From Octopus vulgaris (taxonomy: Eukaryota), in contig OX597817.1 of NCBI GenBank assembly GCA_951406725.2, forward strand, positions 146,506,001-146,570,000: a stretch of DNA of 64,000 nucleotides, in the 5' to 3' direction. The position numbers and the translations under genes are program-made. Shown here piece after piece: positions 1 through 13,525 of this stretch (position 1 is the first letter of the stretch; every line of letters starts with the position of its first letter). The notes beneath the pieces are model-generated. The model was not told where the DNA came from. It did no database searches and saw only the letters and a list, made by a program, of their open reading frames with translations.

Positions 1-335
1 AACTCCTATTGGAATCTACATACCATGGACAAGAAGCATTTCTACCTATTCTACACAGCACTTTCCTTGGATAATGGAACTGCAACAGTAACATCCTACA
101 CATTTTTACTTTTATCTTTAATTTTATTTTCTTATTTCCATCTATACTTTCTATATCCATCCTTTTCCAAAATAACTCCTTATATTGAACTCAACTATTT
201 CCCTCTAGTTAACTTTCTCATATCGTCTCTTCTGAAGGGATATTCCTAATATCCTAGAAACCGCTGTAAGATTGCCTTTCTCTTTATAAACATCCTATAA
301 GTTCCACACAGCCTTGGTTTTGTTGTCTCATTTTA

Positions 336-340
<5 letters not shown>
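1..340 (+). mobile_element. Penelope-like pLTR end with hammerhead-like motif
   Basis: CTGAAGG-GATATT-CCT-AATATCC-TA-GAAAC at ~232-261, followed by an AT-rich end and (TA)n. Confidence 0.4.
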
Positions 341-381
<41 letters not shown>

Positions 382-1466
382 CTGCACATTGTGGCCTTCT
401 TTCAGTCTCTATTTACCAAATGCACTCACAAGGCACTGAGTACCATTCTTCCAAATATATAAAGGTTTGTAAATATAAAAAAAACAACAAAAAGAAAAGA
501 GGGTTGGGTAAAGTGATTTAATTTACCATGAGGAGTAAAAGAACCCAACATTTCAAACACTTGTACTTGGGAGAGAAAAACATTTTTGCTACAATGATAA
601 GGTTATCAAATGCAAAAAATCACAGCAAATTAAATCACTATTTTTTTTTCTAATATCTTTCATGAAACATAAAATAGCTCAATTTTCATCAACTGTTGAC
701 TTTTTACTAAATTTGGGATAATACTGCTGCAGCTACATATAGGAACATCTTAGACTACATATAAAAATGGCCTTCCAGCAGACAAAAATCCACTCTACAA
801 CACATAACAAACCATAATAAGAACACAGGCAAGCTGTTTCTTCTGTCTGTCTCTTCTACCATTACTATAATGGCTTCGGTAATCTGAACTTGCATATTAC
901 ATTTCATCTCCCCCAAATACCACTTGTCTCTCATCCGCTCATTAGTTTTGCTGTGTCTTCTCCAAACTCAAAATATTTGGTAAATTCTTACTATTACCTG
1001 TCTCACGTGATGTGAGCATAGTTGTAAAAATTTAATGAGAGAATGGCAAAGACTTCGTGGGGAGGGGATAGACTTTTTTTTTGGACAAAATATCCTTTCA
1101 TAAAAGAAAACAACCACCTGAGTCCTTACCCTTTTTTCTACTCAATAAGGAATCATCCTGACAAAATCCACAGACTGCTGGAACTCATCAAAATATATTC
1201 TAAACATTCCTAGGAGTCAACATAGGGAATATTTGTATCCAGATAAATCATTTAACAAGAAAAACTTTCTTATAAATGGTTTTACAAATCACATTTATGT
1301 TGGAAATACTAGTTTCCTTAACACACACCAAATGATGCCGTGTCCACAGGCAATCACACTTATTGTAATCACAAGTGATATATTAAATGTTGCAGAAGTA
1401 CATCACTTCAAAATAATATTTGCAGCAATAAATAAATACCACAGCGAAGGCTATTTGGCATAACTA

Positions 1467-2048
1467 CAGATACGTGCCCCACCGACTTAGTTGCCTGACT
1501 TTCCTCATAACTTTCAGGAAAAAGAGTATCATTTAATGAAAATTTATACAAATACCTTTCAAACGGCATAGATTACGATTAAAAGAAAATTGGGGGGGGG
1601 GGATTTTTTCTGAAGGTGTTGGGAGAGGAGTTTCGGATCAGGAAAACCACATATGTTGGAATTTCTCAGTTTCGACGGAGATTTTTCCAATTCTTCAAAA
1701 CGGAGAAATTCCAACTTACATGGTCTTCTTGATCCGAAATTCCTCTCCCCACACCCCCGGAAAAAATTTCACCACAAATTTATTTATAATCGTAATCAAT
1801 GCCGTTTGAAAAGTAGTTGTGTAAACTTTCATGAAAAGATACCCATTTTCCTGAAAGTTATGAGGGGAAAATCGGGTCGTGTGAATTTTCCGAAACTTTT
1901 CTCCCATTCCCCTCGGAAAAGTTCTTTCCCATAAATTCCTATATTCCTTGAATCTACAGCATCGAAACGGTATTTGCTAAAAATTTCGTTAAAATATATC
2001 CATTTTTTTAAAGTTATGAGGCAACAAAATCAGAGGGGTACACATCTG
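1467..2048. mobile_element. Tc1/mariner-type foldback MITE
   Basis: TA|CAGATACGTGCCCC...GGGGTACACATCTG|TA, with an internal inverted repeat (~1497-1690 vs ~1690-1876). A related fragment lies at ~9240-9425. Confidence 0.7.
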
Positions 2049-2084
2049 TAGTCACGCCGGCTATTCCATGACTTGTAACTTGAT

Positions 2085-2270
2085 ATATGCTTGCAAATAG
2101 AGTTACATGTGATTTCTATATTCTTTCCAGGCTGATGAAGTGTGAACAAGCCATTGATGGAAAGAAGTGGACGCTGTTGCAGCATATTTTTTACTTGCAA
2201 TATACGAACTGGTTCGTTCTTTGAAAGAAGCCAGATTAGCCAACTGAAAATTATTACGTGCGTCTTCGTT
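2085..2270 (+). pseudogene. Merlin/IS1595-like transposase N-terminal relic
   Basis: With one frameshift it reads LANRVTCD...IDGKKW/RCCS..TCNIRTGSFFERSQI, resembling the DG..WRC...SIR.GSFFE.S motif. Confidence 0.5.
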
Positions 2271-2396
2271 TCCAGGATTCCATGTGAAAAAGTATTTACC
2301 ATGGAAAAAGCAGTTGATGTGCAGGCAAAAACTGGAAGTGTTTTCCAATGAAAAGAAACCATTAAGGAACAAAAGTAAATAATAATAATAATAATG

Positions 2397-2431
<35 letters not shown>

Positions 2432-2436
<5 letters not shown>

Positions 2437-2690
2437 AATTATTGTATACAGTGCTCAGGTGCACCACAACTTGTCAGAAAGTGCATATAAAGTACATGCA
2501 GTAATGTAGAAATGTCTGGAAAGTGAACAGTGTATGAGTCAGATACATGCTTGTGTGTGTATGGAGGGGAGAAAATCAAGTGTAGTGTTGGCGAATCTCA
2601 GGAAGCATGGAAGTTTTGAAGGATGCAGTGCTCCGACAACTAACAACCGATGCCGGCAGTTTGTTCCATGCTTCAGCAACTCTCAGCGTG
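2432..2690 (-). mobile_element. CR1-like LINE 3' end with long tail repeat
   Basis: Same family as 33151-33690; (AAT)n at 2377-2434. Confidence 0.8.
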
Positions 2691-3570
2691 AATAATGACG
2701 GTAGATACCATAAAGCACCCAGTGTGGTGCTGTCATATATGAAGGCAGGCCCAACAAATGTTTTGATTAGATTCTTAATTAACATGTGCAAACAGGTAAA
2801 AAATGGCAATTAACTACTCACGTGTATCGAATGTTAACAGCAAATACACGAGATACAATTACATACCTGGAAGAATTATGACCTTTTATCGGTGTTAACT
2901 TGTTAATGGTGAAGATTTAAAACTGAATAAAGACCAGTTTCATATATAAAGATACTTAAGGTGTACCCGAAGAGTTTGCCACAAGAAATTGTCGATGCGC
3001 ATATTTTCCCATGAAAAACTATTAATTCTTTGGCATACACTCACAGCATTTACGAAAGTTAAAAAAACCCACGCTAAAAATTCACTTTCGCATTCGTAAA
3101 CGCTTTCTTCAACACGTACAAGGAAATTACTTTCATTTTCAAGTATTTGCTAGAAACAAAGCGGGTGTTGAAAGAAATAACATGCAGGCTGATGTAATCT
3201 TCTACTGCATGAACATTTGGGAGACTGGGCTCAGCAATTGTGATTATATATTTGTCAATCTAATTTATTCTATACCTAAAAATTATATTTTAATTTTTAG
3301 GTATATATTTTTCATACCACGCGCAGATATTATGTTTCAGCCTTTTAGTTTTTCTGTTACTTTCATTGCTTTTCTATTTTATCGTTGTCATTTCCAGCTG
3401 CCCTTTTATTTTCATTTAACTTCACGTTTTTCACTCGAACCATTATCTACTGTGTTATCTATGTTGTCCCCCTCAAAATTCGATAAGCTTATCTCATTGG
3501 AAATACCTCTCGTACTTTTCTTTTTTTAGATAGATTTTAAAAACATTTACAGGGGGATTTTTGGCTGTTA

Positions 3571-3624
<54 letters not shown>

Positions 3625-4029
3625 GACAGATTTCTTTCAAACTGAAAGTATTATCTCACATTACAATAGGGACGTAATACTGAAATAGTGTAAGAGATAA
3701 GAGACTGTTCTGGGCTTGCATTAGGCAAGAAGTTAAAAAATTTTTTGGGTTCATGACACTGCATGGACCCTAAGTAAGGCATGTGTAAAATTTGAATGAA
3801 ATCGGTTGTGTAGTTTTCGAGTTTTAGGGATTCACACAGACAGACAAACATTCTCATCTTGATTGATTGATGGATGGATGGATGGATCACGTATGTATAA
3901 TACAGGCGGAGGTAAAGAATACGCACACCACCCGTTTTTGGCGTAACTCTAACCCTAAATACCGGGTGTGCGTCGTTAACTTCGCTTATAATACATATAT
4001 AATACAAAACCCGCATTAAAATCGAGGTC

Positions 4030-6280
4030 TCAAACCAAAGTAAACACAAATATAAGCGAAGAAAAAGATGAGAAAAAAGGGAAAAAAAACATCAATTCAA
4101 CACCAACTGCCTCAATGGGTCGCACAACACAAAGGACCAACGGAACCTACGAAAGCAAGCCAACACATTCGCGGTATTACCAAGTGCGATGGCGAGGCTA
4201 AGACTTTGGAACAGCCAAACACTTCCCGGGTATCACCTCGGTAAGGCGACCACCAACGATGACAAGAAATTAGCTGTTAGTAGCCCAGCCCTTCCAACGT
4301 CTCAAACGCCGCAGGGTGGAAGAAATGGTTCATTGATAAACCCCGATGCTTAAAGATTTAGTTCCGTTCGGGTACGGAAGCAGTGACCATCTCATTTACC
4401 ACAGCATCCAGGATGGAGGAGGAAGCAAAGAAGACACAGACTATGGTGCCCCAGATGAGGCACCTACCTCTTACCCAGAGACAAAGAGTAAGATCATCTG
4501 GTCTCTTCCCATCACTTCTGGATAATCCCGCCGGCTCCAGAATTGAGGAGATATTTACTCGAGCCAGTGCCTGCATAATGATTAAGTTTAGTTCGGTGTG
4601 ACGAGCGGAACGACCAGCATTTAGGCAGCAAGACAAACCACAAAGACTTGTAGAGTCGATGGGTCTACCACAGCAACATCTCAGTGCCCCACAGATGTAG
4701 GGGACTAAGTAATATGGAGCTGCAGAGCTCAGCCAGACTGGGTAGACCACCAATATTGGCCACAGGTAGAGCATCAACCCAGTCCCCCAAGAATTTCATT
4801 TACAGAAAGTAGGCGATACCTTGAAAATTGATCAAACTTATAAAAGAGAGAGTTGAAGGTGGCACCTGAGCGTAGAGTGTCCCATACTCTCTGCTTCCGT
4901 CTATCCTCAGCTGTCTCAGGAACTGACAAACCCAGTTCTCTCTACTGTAGCAGAGCTTCATCCACCTCCCTGTTGGAACTAGTCCATGTTGAAAAGGAGA
5001 AGATGTTGCCTACCGAAGGGGAGCAAGCGTGGATGGAAGAAAGAAAACAGGGAAGAGATAGAGACAGGCATTGACGCAAACCTAGGCCCCCAAACCGTTT
5101 GAACAAAGCTGCCTGGTTGCGAGAGAAACTGACACTGACCAAGCATTAGGGTTCCCTGAAGATTAGGTCGTCAAAGCATTGGAGAGACGACGAGAATTTA
5201 TAAGGGAATAACTCTGAGAAAATACAATAACTTAGGATTGACAAGTAATTCCTAAATATAAAAAAGAACCTAGGTGGGGGGATCAATTGCATCAAGATTT
5301 TTTAATAGTTGCTCAAGGGTAGCCATGTTGAATTGAAAGATGGACTCGAAAGCGCGGTTAGAATGATGAGGGGAAGGAATCTGCAAACAGGTTTACAGTT
5401 TGCTGATGTGAAGCTGGCTGGTTAAGGAGCCAGAGCTCGCATTTGGAACTGTTGACGCTGAGTACTTACGACTAAGTTCCTCATTTATCGTCCTCGCAGT
5501 TGCAAGGACCTCATTAGGAGGGCCCTCCAAGCAAGCATCAAGATATCAGATATTCAAGTTCAGGTCAGCTCCCATCTTCGTAACGTCAACAAATGTCAGT
5601 GCAAATAATGTAGGTCCGAGCAAGCCGCGAATTTTTTTCCCACGAGAGTTCCGGATCCCAGTTAAAGAACTCATTTGCATATAACCAATCAGAGCTCACC
5701 TTGACCTTGTCGTCAAGGTTATATCTGACTTTAGGAGACAAGTAATAAGATAAATTTGCATTTATACCTATTATCGGGTTTTGTTAGGGCTTCATATGGT
5801 AAAGATGTGGGTAGAGGGTGATGTGTTAGCAACCCTCTCCCCTTACTGTTTTACAAAGTAAACAACAACACAAATAACTACGCAGGGGTAGCCATGGTAA
5901 GAACGAGAACAACAAGCATTATTAAAAGAGAAAAGAAGCATGGCCATTCCTTACCCAAGTGACCTTATCTTATTGGTCATTCCTTGCCCAAGTGATCTTA
6001 TCTTATTGATAGTTGAGCTCTGATTGGCTGTATGCAAATAAGTTCATCACTGGGGTCCGGAACTATCGTAGGGAAATGATTTTACGAGCGGGTCGTCTTA
6101 TTGGACCCCTGAGGTAGATGAGACGTGGCCACCAAAGTAGAGGTAAGAGGGCTCCTGATTAGCTTGCCAAGTAAAGTGGTAGAGCTGTGGGGCATTCTCT
6201 CTTACTGCATGGAGGATCCCGACTGATGGAACTGAAGGCATTCCTGAGACCTGGATACTGATGTTCAACCAAGTCGACCA
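4030..6280 (-). mobile_element. Degenerate CRE-like non-LTR retrotransposon (RT plus REL endonuclease), interrupted by a MITE
   Basis: DPL|GPTLFAL, YLD, GGLGLR, RHTELNLII...EPAGLSRSDGKRPD.LTL...W.RGRCLIW. Confidence 0.75.
5622..6084. mobile_element. MITE with ~70-bp TIRs inside the CRE element
   Basis: Inverted arms ~5631-5699 and ~6013-6083; duplicated CGAGC at the flanks; internal 33-bp tandem duplication. Confidence 0.65.
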
Positions 6281-6893
6281 TGGCAGGATCTGAACTCAAA
6301 ATATATTATCTAGTCTAACAATCTTACTGTTCTGCCAATCCACTGCCCTAGACTGGTACTTTTACTATCGACCCTGAAAGTTGGTCACAAAGGATTTGAA
6401 CACAGAGTACAGAGAATGGTAACAAATATCTTGAGGTTGCTCTCTCTCTCCGACACTCTAACGACCATACGAATTTATTACTTAATTGCTGGGATAATCT
6501 CAGTTGATTGACGTGTTTCAACTCACTATAATTACATAAGGTAGCCCCTATTGTATTTTTTCAAGTAAGATTGCCGGTGATTTTAATGCTTTATTATTTT
6601 TTTTGAGAGTAAAGTACGAGGGAATACAACTTACAAAAAGAAATGCGTAACAGAATTCTTAAAATAAAAACTGCGGGTAATCTTTTGTTTAAAGTATCGA
6701 GAAAGTTAGAAATCGAATTTGACAACGACTTGATAATAAAATGAGGCTGAAAGAAATTTTCAAACTGAAAGCCTATTTCGAAAATGTTTATGTATTGAAG
6801 AAATGCTGGACCTTTCGGATCGCATACTTCGTGAGAATCGTACAAGAGGACGTGATTAACACTGTTGATCTAACTGAAAAGAATTACCGTATA

Positions 6894-7266
6894 CCGTATT
6901 ACATGTATAAGGAACACTTGTTTGTCAAAAAATTAGGTTTAAAAAATATACATGGATAGTATTATAATCCTTTACAAAACACTTTTTCCAAATTTTAAGC
7001 CCCCAAAATTAGGGGGTCCCTTATACACGAGTATTCCTTATACCAGTGGTTTTCAACCAGGGTTCCGCCAGTACAGTTCAGGGGTTCCGCAAAAAGTTAC
7101 AAAACTGCTAAAATCGGTGGTAATTTTTAATTCTCCTGTGCAGATATGTGTGCATAAGACTATTAAATTATTGCACAGGGGTTCCTCGAGCCAGTGAAAT
7201 GTTTCCTTGGGGTTCCGCCCCAGCAAAAAAGTTGAAAAGCACTGCCTTATACACTTTAAAATACGG
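6894..7266. mobile_element. pogo/Tc1-type MITE hosting a hAT MITE
   Basis: TA|CCGTATT...AATACGG|TA termini. Confidence 0.65.
7044..7244. mobile_element. hAT-type MITE
   Basis: CAGTGGTTTTCAAC...GTTGAAAAGCACTG TIRs with a perfect 8-bp TSD CCTTATAC. Confidence 0.85.
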
Positions 7267-8899
7267 TACTTCCTGAGTGTTATTTGCAATGTGATATTCG
7301 ATAATGAAAGTAACAAGTTTCTACCATCTCTGAGATTAATAAATTAGTGTGGTGCAGTGAGCCGATGTGTTTGGTAAATCGCCAGACATGCTCAACTGGA
7401 AAAGTTTGGAGGTGTTATATACATCATACAACTGCGACCATACTAAGGCACAGCCTGGAAGGGTTTAGTTGAAGAAATTCACCCTGATACTTGTTTTTAA
7501 AGTCCGGTTTATGGGAACGTAATCAAACCAATATCGGTGTGTGTAGGGCAAGCACAACAATACACACGCACAGTTATATATGACAGCCTTCCGCATCTAC
7601 CATATTCACTCACAAGGCATTGGTCAGCCCGGAACTATAGTGGAAGGCACTTACCCCAGGTGCCACGCATTGAATGCGAAACCATGTGGTTGAAAAGCGA
7701 GCTTTGTAACTACACAACCACGCAGATACACTCGAAGAAACCATGTGGTTGAAAAGCGAGCTTTGTAACTACACAACCACGCAGGTACACTCTAAGAAAC
7801 ATAAGACAAGATTATTTTTCACTGGGTCTCATATCCCACTGTCACTCCAAGTTAAGCTTATTTTTCGGGTTGTGATTAAAAAATGAAAGCAGGAATATTT
7901 ACATTATTTGGCAGATGTAGAGAATAAATACTCACCCTTTTTCATATTTCTTCAGATTCGTTTGTTTTTCAAAAAAACAAAAAAAGATACTTTTAATTCC
8001 CTAATCCACCTCCCAAATTTTTTGTTATTAACTTTTTTGTTGAAAAAAAACTGGTGGTGGTAGGGAATAAAATAATGAAAAAGAAAAAGGCACGCAAACT
8101 CCCTCAGTTATACAATGTACCAGGAAATACTGGGGTTCTCTTCTAAAAGTTTTGAGGTCACTCCAAACCCTAATATTAGGGTGATTATAACAAGCAATAC
8201 GCCGTCAGATATATCATGACATTTCTGTGACACAGAACATCCGCAATGACGAAAACTTCGTCCTCGCGGCCAATCTTTCCCGTATTTGTATTTAGTATGT
8301 GACCTCACCCACCGGAGGTGCAAAGATTAACTTCTTACAAACGAAACTGCTACATATTTCCATGCTGGTGAGTCTTAGAAAAGTAAAATCAAAATGATTA
8401 TTACGGAATTTACTGTGATTCTATTGTTTTTGTAAAATAAAAAATTGTATTTTCATTGATTAAGTAGAAATGGAAAGACAGTGCCCATGGTCATTTTAGT
8501 TGTTTTAAACTAGGGAATATTAACAGCTTTTTATTTAATAATTTTGTTTTACAGGATGGTTATAATAATAAGGAAGTTAAATTTACCGTTGCTATATTTA
8601 AGTCTGATTCTTTGTAGGTTAAGGAAGAAATATAGAATGGCATGTGGGCAATTATGAAAAAGAACCACTCGTAAGACTTTTATGACATATACAGTACTCT
8701 GATGAACTACAAATTGTTGGGAAAGGGTAAAAGAGAAGACAGAAAGCAATAAATGTGAAGAGACAGCAAGGCGGACATAGTGACCCGTCACCACAGCCCC
8801 TTCCGTGAAACTGCCGTTTTGATTTATAAGTGTTTTGTCTTGCTGCCTAAATGCTGGTGGTTTCGCTCTTTACACCGAGCTAAGCCTGATCATTAAGCA

Positions 8900-9230
8900 G
8901 GCCCTGGTAAATATCTCCCCAGTTCTGGAGTCAGTGGGATAATCAGGAAGTAATAGGAAGAAACAAGATGGTCTTGCCCTTTGTGTCTAGGTAAGAGGTA
9001 TGTGCTTCATCTGGGACGTTAGTCTGTAACTCCTTTGCTCCCAACCACATTCTGGATGTTTCGGTAAATGGGAGGGTCATTGCTCCCGTAGCCGAACGGA
9101 ACAAAATCTTTAAAAGTTGGAATTTGTCAGCGAACCACTTCTGGCCTGTGCCGTTTGAGACGTTTAGAAAGGCCGGATCACTAACAGCGGATTTTTAGTC
9201 ATTTCCGAGTTGTTGAGTGATGCCTGTGAG
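8900..9230 (+). mobile_element. Second CRE-like REL fragment, highly diverged
   Basis: Sequence resembles the reverse complement of ~4260-4540 (GGTAAGAGGTATGTGCTTCATCTGGG, CCGTTTGAGACGTT). Confidence 0.55.
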
Positions 9231-10621
9231 GGTGGTACTTGTAGAAATTTACCAAAAGTTCGTAAAAAAATTATCCATTTTTCTGAAAGTTATGTGTAAA
9301 GAGAGCCGTCTCGTGTGAATTTCCCGAAACTCCTCACCTCACGCTCGGAAACATTTTTTTGACAATAAATTACGATAAATTGAGAATCTACATAATCTGA
9401 AGCATATTTGAAGAAAATTTCAAGTAAAAAGGAGCACAATAAAGACTAGAATACTCCTATAACATCGTAGATGTGAATGGAACGATAATAGAAGATATCT
9501 TTAAACCAAGGTGTTGTTTATTCAAGAGTTGTTTGTGGTTGTTGCTAATAAGGTGAGTTCCGTTTCTAACAGCTTGTAATCACCATAGAGGTCATAATTG
9601 AGATTGTGATCTTGGTTATAAAATGAATTGTGAATAAATACACAATTAGAAAATTGTAAACTACTCGAGACTAAAATAATTTATCGCAAAAAGGAAAAAA
9701 GTTGTTATTTAACACCTAGGGAACAGTGAATGTCAATTACAGCAGGCTTATAATCAAAGACGTTCCAGTCATTAATTACTCGTCCTTTTAGGGGTGTTTT
9801 ACAACTGCATCATCTAATGTATCATTTCCTGACTGAAGACGGTAGGGGATACAATTTGAGGGAGATTTGAAAGCTATTTCTAGAAAGTGGGGTGACCACG
9901 TAGTGGCTTCCTAGGCGACTCGTGTCACCGGCGTTGATAAACAAACCACAGACATTGTTGCATTACATGTATAAATACTTCAAATAACACTCACATGACA
10001 ACAAATAATATACAAAAGTAACTCAACTCACCATATGAGAGATCCCATTTTATAAGACATGAATAGTAAAAGTAAACTTCCAATATTCATAAAGCGAAAG
10101 AGATTTTTCGATGACATTAAGTAGGTTGTATGTAAAAATAGGATCGTGTAATGCAGGCGGCGTACGGATTGTAGAGGTTAAAAAAGTTCATTAACTTGGA
10201 TGACAAAGAGGATGATAAATATATTAGCTGACCCCGTGCCGTCAAAATGACGGCTAATTGTAGTATTATATATATATATGAATAAGGTACATTATAATCA
10301 CAGATACAAACATTCACATACTTCCTTTGTACACGTATACACATATACTCACACAGAGTTGAAATGCTGTTTGATTTTTCTTTTCAGCGTTGAATGTTCA
10401 CCACCTCACTTCCATTGCCCACACACACACAATCATTCACATGATTCCTTTTTACATACACACACATAAATTCACGCAGAGTTGAAACGTTGTTTCATTT
10501 CTTTTTCACCGTAGAAATTCCATCATCCCACTACCAAGTTTGCCATCACCCCTTCCTTCCTCATTCATATGTTGTGACGGAGAAAGATACAAGAGTATTA
10601 TTATAGAAAAATACATATATA

Positions 10622-10652
<31 letters not shown>

Positions 10653-10842
10653 TCTCTTTTACTTGCTTCAGTCGTTTGACTGCGGCCGTGCTGGAGCACC
10701 GCCTTTAGTCGAGCCAATCGACCCCAGGACTTATTCTTTGTAAGCCTAGTACTTATTCTATCAGTCTCTTTTTGCCGAACCACACAGTCACTCCTGCACC
10801 TTGAACAATATAACAATTTAACTCATATTTGAATATATATAC

Positions 10843-10894
<52 letters not shown>

Positions 10895-11199
10895 GGAAAG
10901 GTGTAGCAAAAGATGTCGTTGAGGTAGCAGATGAGATAGGCATGTGGACGACATCAAAGTAAAACAATGGGAACACATCGGATTGTGGTTTAAATAATTT
11001 ATTTAATCAACATTTACTTGTTGTATACACCAAAAAATTCATTACATGACATTTGAGTTGACGAAGAAGAAAATAAACAGGGGAAATATTGTGTCGATGT
11101 GATGAGGTAGAACCAGGCATGTTTTGTGTATGTGTGTTTGTTAGTCATTCGGTCATGTCTGTTTATGTCCTGTGACTGCTACTGTGTTGCACCAAATAC

Positions 11200-11597
11200 C
11201 AAAGCCTGTTATCAAAGAAAGTTTTGATGTTGCATGACAATGCATGCCCAGACCGTTGGAACCATTAACCAATTGGGTTTTGAGGTGCTGGAGTACCCTG
11301 CCTATAGCCCAGATCTCACCCCTTCCAACTATCATATCTTTGAACTGCTCAAAGATGTCTAATGCGGTCGTCGATTTCCTATGAATGAAGATGTGAAGGA
11401 AGCAGTGCATAAATGGTTGCATGACCAGCTGAAAACTTTCTTCTTAGAGGGAATATGCAAGCTTGTGGACTGCTGGACCAAGTGCATTGAAAAGGAAGGA
11501 GACTATATAGAAAAATGACGTACTTGTTTATCCTGTGCTTTTGTGTAAATACATTGAAAGAACAAGAGTGTGTATAATTTTTGACTCTCCTCCGTAT
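11200..11597 (+). mobile_element. Mariner transposase C-terminal relic with right end
   Basis: LGFEVLEYPAYSPDLTPSNYHIF...EDVKEAVHKWL...GICKLVDCWTKCIEKEGDYIEK*, ending ...CCTCCG|TA. Confidence 0.8.
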
Positions 11598-11896
11598 ATA
11601 TATATATATATATATATATGCACAAGAGTGGCTGTGTGGTAAGTAGCTTGCTTGCCAACCACATGGTTCCGGGTTCAGTCCCAGTGCGTGGCACCTTGGG
11701 CAAGTGTCTTCTACTATAGCCTCAGGATAACCAAAGCCTTGTGAGTGGGTTTGGTAGACGGAAACTGAAAGAAGCCTGTCGTATATATATATATATGTCT
11801 GTGTTTGTCCCCCCAGCATCGCTTGACAACCGATGGTGTGTTTACGTCCCCGTAACTTAGCGGTTCGACAAAAGAGACCGATAGAATAAGTACAGT

Positions 11897-12200
11897 TGGA
11901 TTGTCTCTTCATTCTTCCTCTGCTATTACAGTGGTCTCCATTTCATGGCCCTAGTTGATCTCTAGCTCATCCAACAAACTTGTCACTCCTTTTGCCACCC
12001 ATTTGTATGCAATTCTCACTTAACCACTTTTTCAAGTCCTTCCTCCACAGAGTACCATCCCTCTGGAAATCCTTTCCTGCCTCTGTTTTCTCTACAGTCA
12101 TCAACTTACATTTGTTCAAGAAGTACATCAGCCACATCGATCTTGCTGACTGCAGGGTTGCAAAGCCTGGGGATGCAGCCCCTTCCTCCAAACCAAAAAA
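11897..12200 (+). mobile_element. Degenerate LINE 3' fragment (CR1/Jockey-like)
   Basis: SFLHRVPSLWKSFPASVF...FKKYI, followed by an A-rich tail. Confidence 0.55.
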
Positions 12201-12511
12201 ATATTTAACCATAAAAAAAATTAGATAAAAAAAATTAAAATAAAATTTTTAAAATCCCTTACTCAGGTAAACAATTTTACTATTAAAATATAAACAAAGT
12301 AATAAAAATGACGAAAGTTCAAAAATTGCTCATATTCAGGTTTTTCTAGTTCACTACCACTTTACCTTGACTGTTCTGTTTTGTAATCAGAAAATCCAAA
12401 TTAGCTCTGGGTGAAGAAGTCCTGTTTGAGTCAGCCTAGAATAGTTTCCTCTTTGATATTAATGAATCACAAATACACAACCTGTCATAAGCATTGTATT
12501 TTAGAATTCAA

Positions 12512-12729
12512 CCCTTTTGTTACTGTATATATTTTGAGATACTTTGTGTTTTTTTATTACTTTAAATATAACAAAGAATTTATTAAAATAACTTAGTTAT
12601 CATTCAGCTAGTGTTAGGAACATATATTGTGACTAAGGTTTGGTGGAAGATTTTAATTCAAAACTTGTGTAAACAAGACATTTGTACTCAGAGCAAGGGC
12701 TGGTATCAGCCGGGTTGGTAACGAAAGGG
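12512..12729. mobile_element. piggyBac-like MITE
   Basis: CCCTTTTGTTAC...GTAACGAAAGGG termini with TCAA/TTGA flanks (decayed TTAA). A right-end copy at ~27163-27224 ends AGGG|TTAA. Confidence 0.55.
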
Positions 12730-13488
12730 TTGAATAGCTAATAAAATATTCAGCAATTTCACAGAATAATTTATATGTCAATTAGGGAGATACCATGGTC
12801 TCTCAAATTACTAGAAAACAATAGTTAAATTTCCCTCAAATCATATCTTGCCATTTTAAGAAAGGAAAGGATGGGTGAATCATTGCCAGTACCACCTGAC
12901 TGGTTCCCCGTGCCAGTGGCACATAAAAAGCACCATCTGAACATGGTTGATGCCAGCCTCCCTGCACTGACTGGCTCTTGTGCCAGTAGCATGTAAAAAG
13001 CACCATTGGAGCGTGGTTGTTGCCAGTGCCTCTTGACTGGCTCCCATGTTGGTGGCACGTAAAAAGCACCCACTACGCTCTCGGAGTGGTTGGTGTTAGG
13101 AAGGGCATCAAGCTATAGAAACACTGCCAGATCAGATTGGAGCCTGGTGTGCTCTCCTGGCTTGCCAGTCCCAAGTCAAACCGTCCAACCCATGCCAGCA
13201 TGGAAAACGGACGTTAAACAAACATATTGGACAGAGAAATGTCTTTAAATCATGGAGCTGATTGATCAGGGTTGATCTAGAGCTAAACAATAAATGAATA
13301 GCCATCCAGTTAAAATGAACAAAAAGATTCTGTTGGAAGAATGATTTTTCAGACATTGCTTCCCAACCACGAGGTTCAAGGTTCAGTTCCCCACTGTGTG
13401 AACATTGTAGGCTAACATTCTATACAGCAGCTGCAAGTCAATCAGTACCTTGTGAATGAAATTGGTAGACAGAAACTGGAGAAACCTG

Positions 13489-13525
<37 letters not shown>

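Noticed and set aside
7678-7795. 59-bp tandem duplication
   Set aside because: A simple local duplication at the head of an old SINE; two units with no spacers, not CRISPR-like.
8108-8372. Unique segment ending in a G|GTGAGT donor-like site
   Set aside because: All plus frames contain stops and no homology was recognisable.
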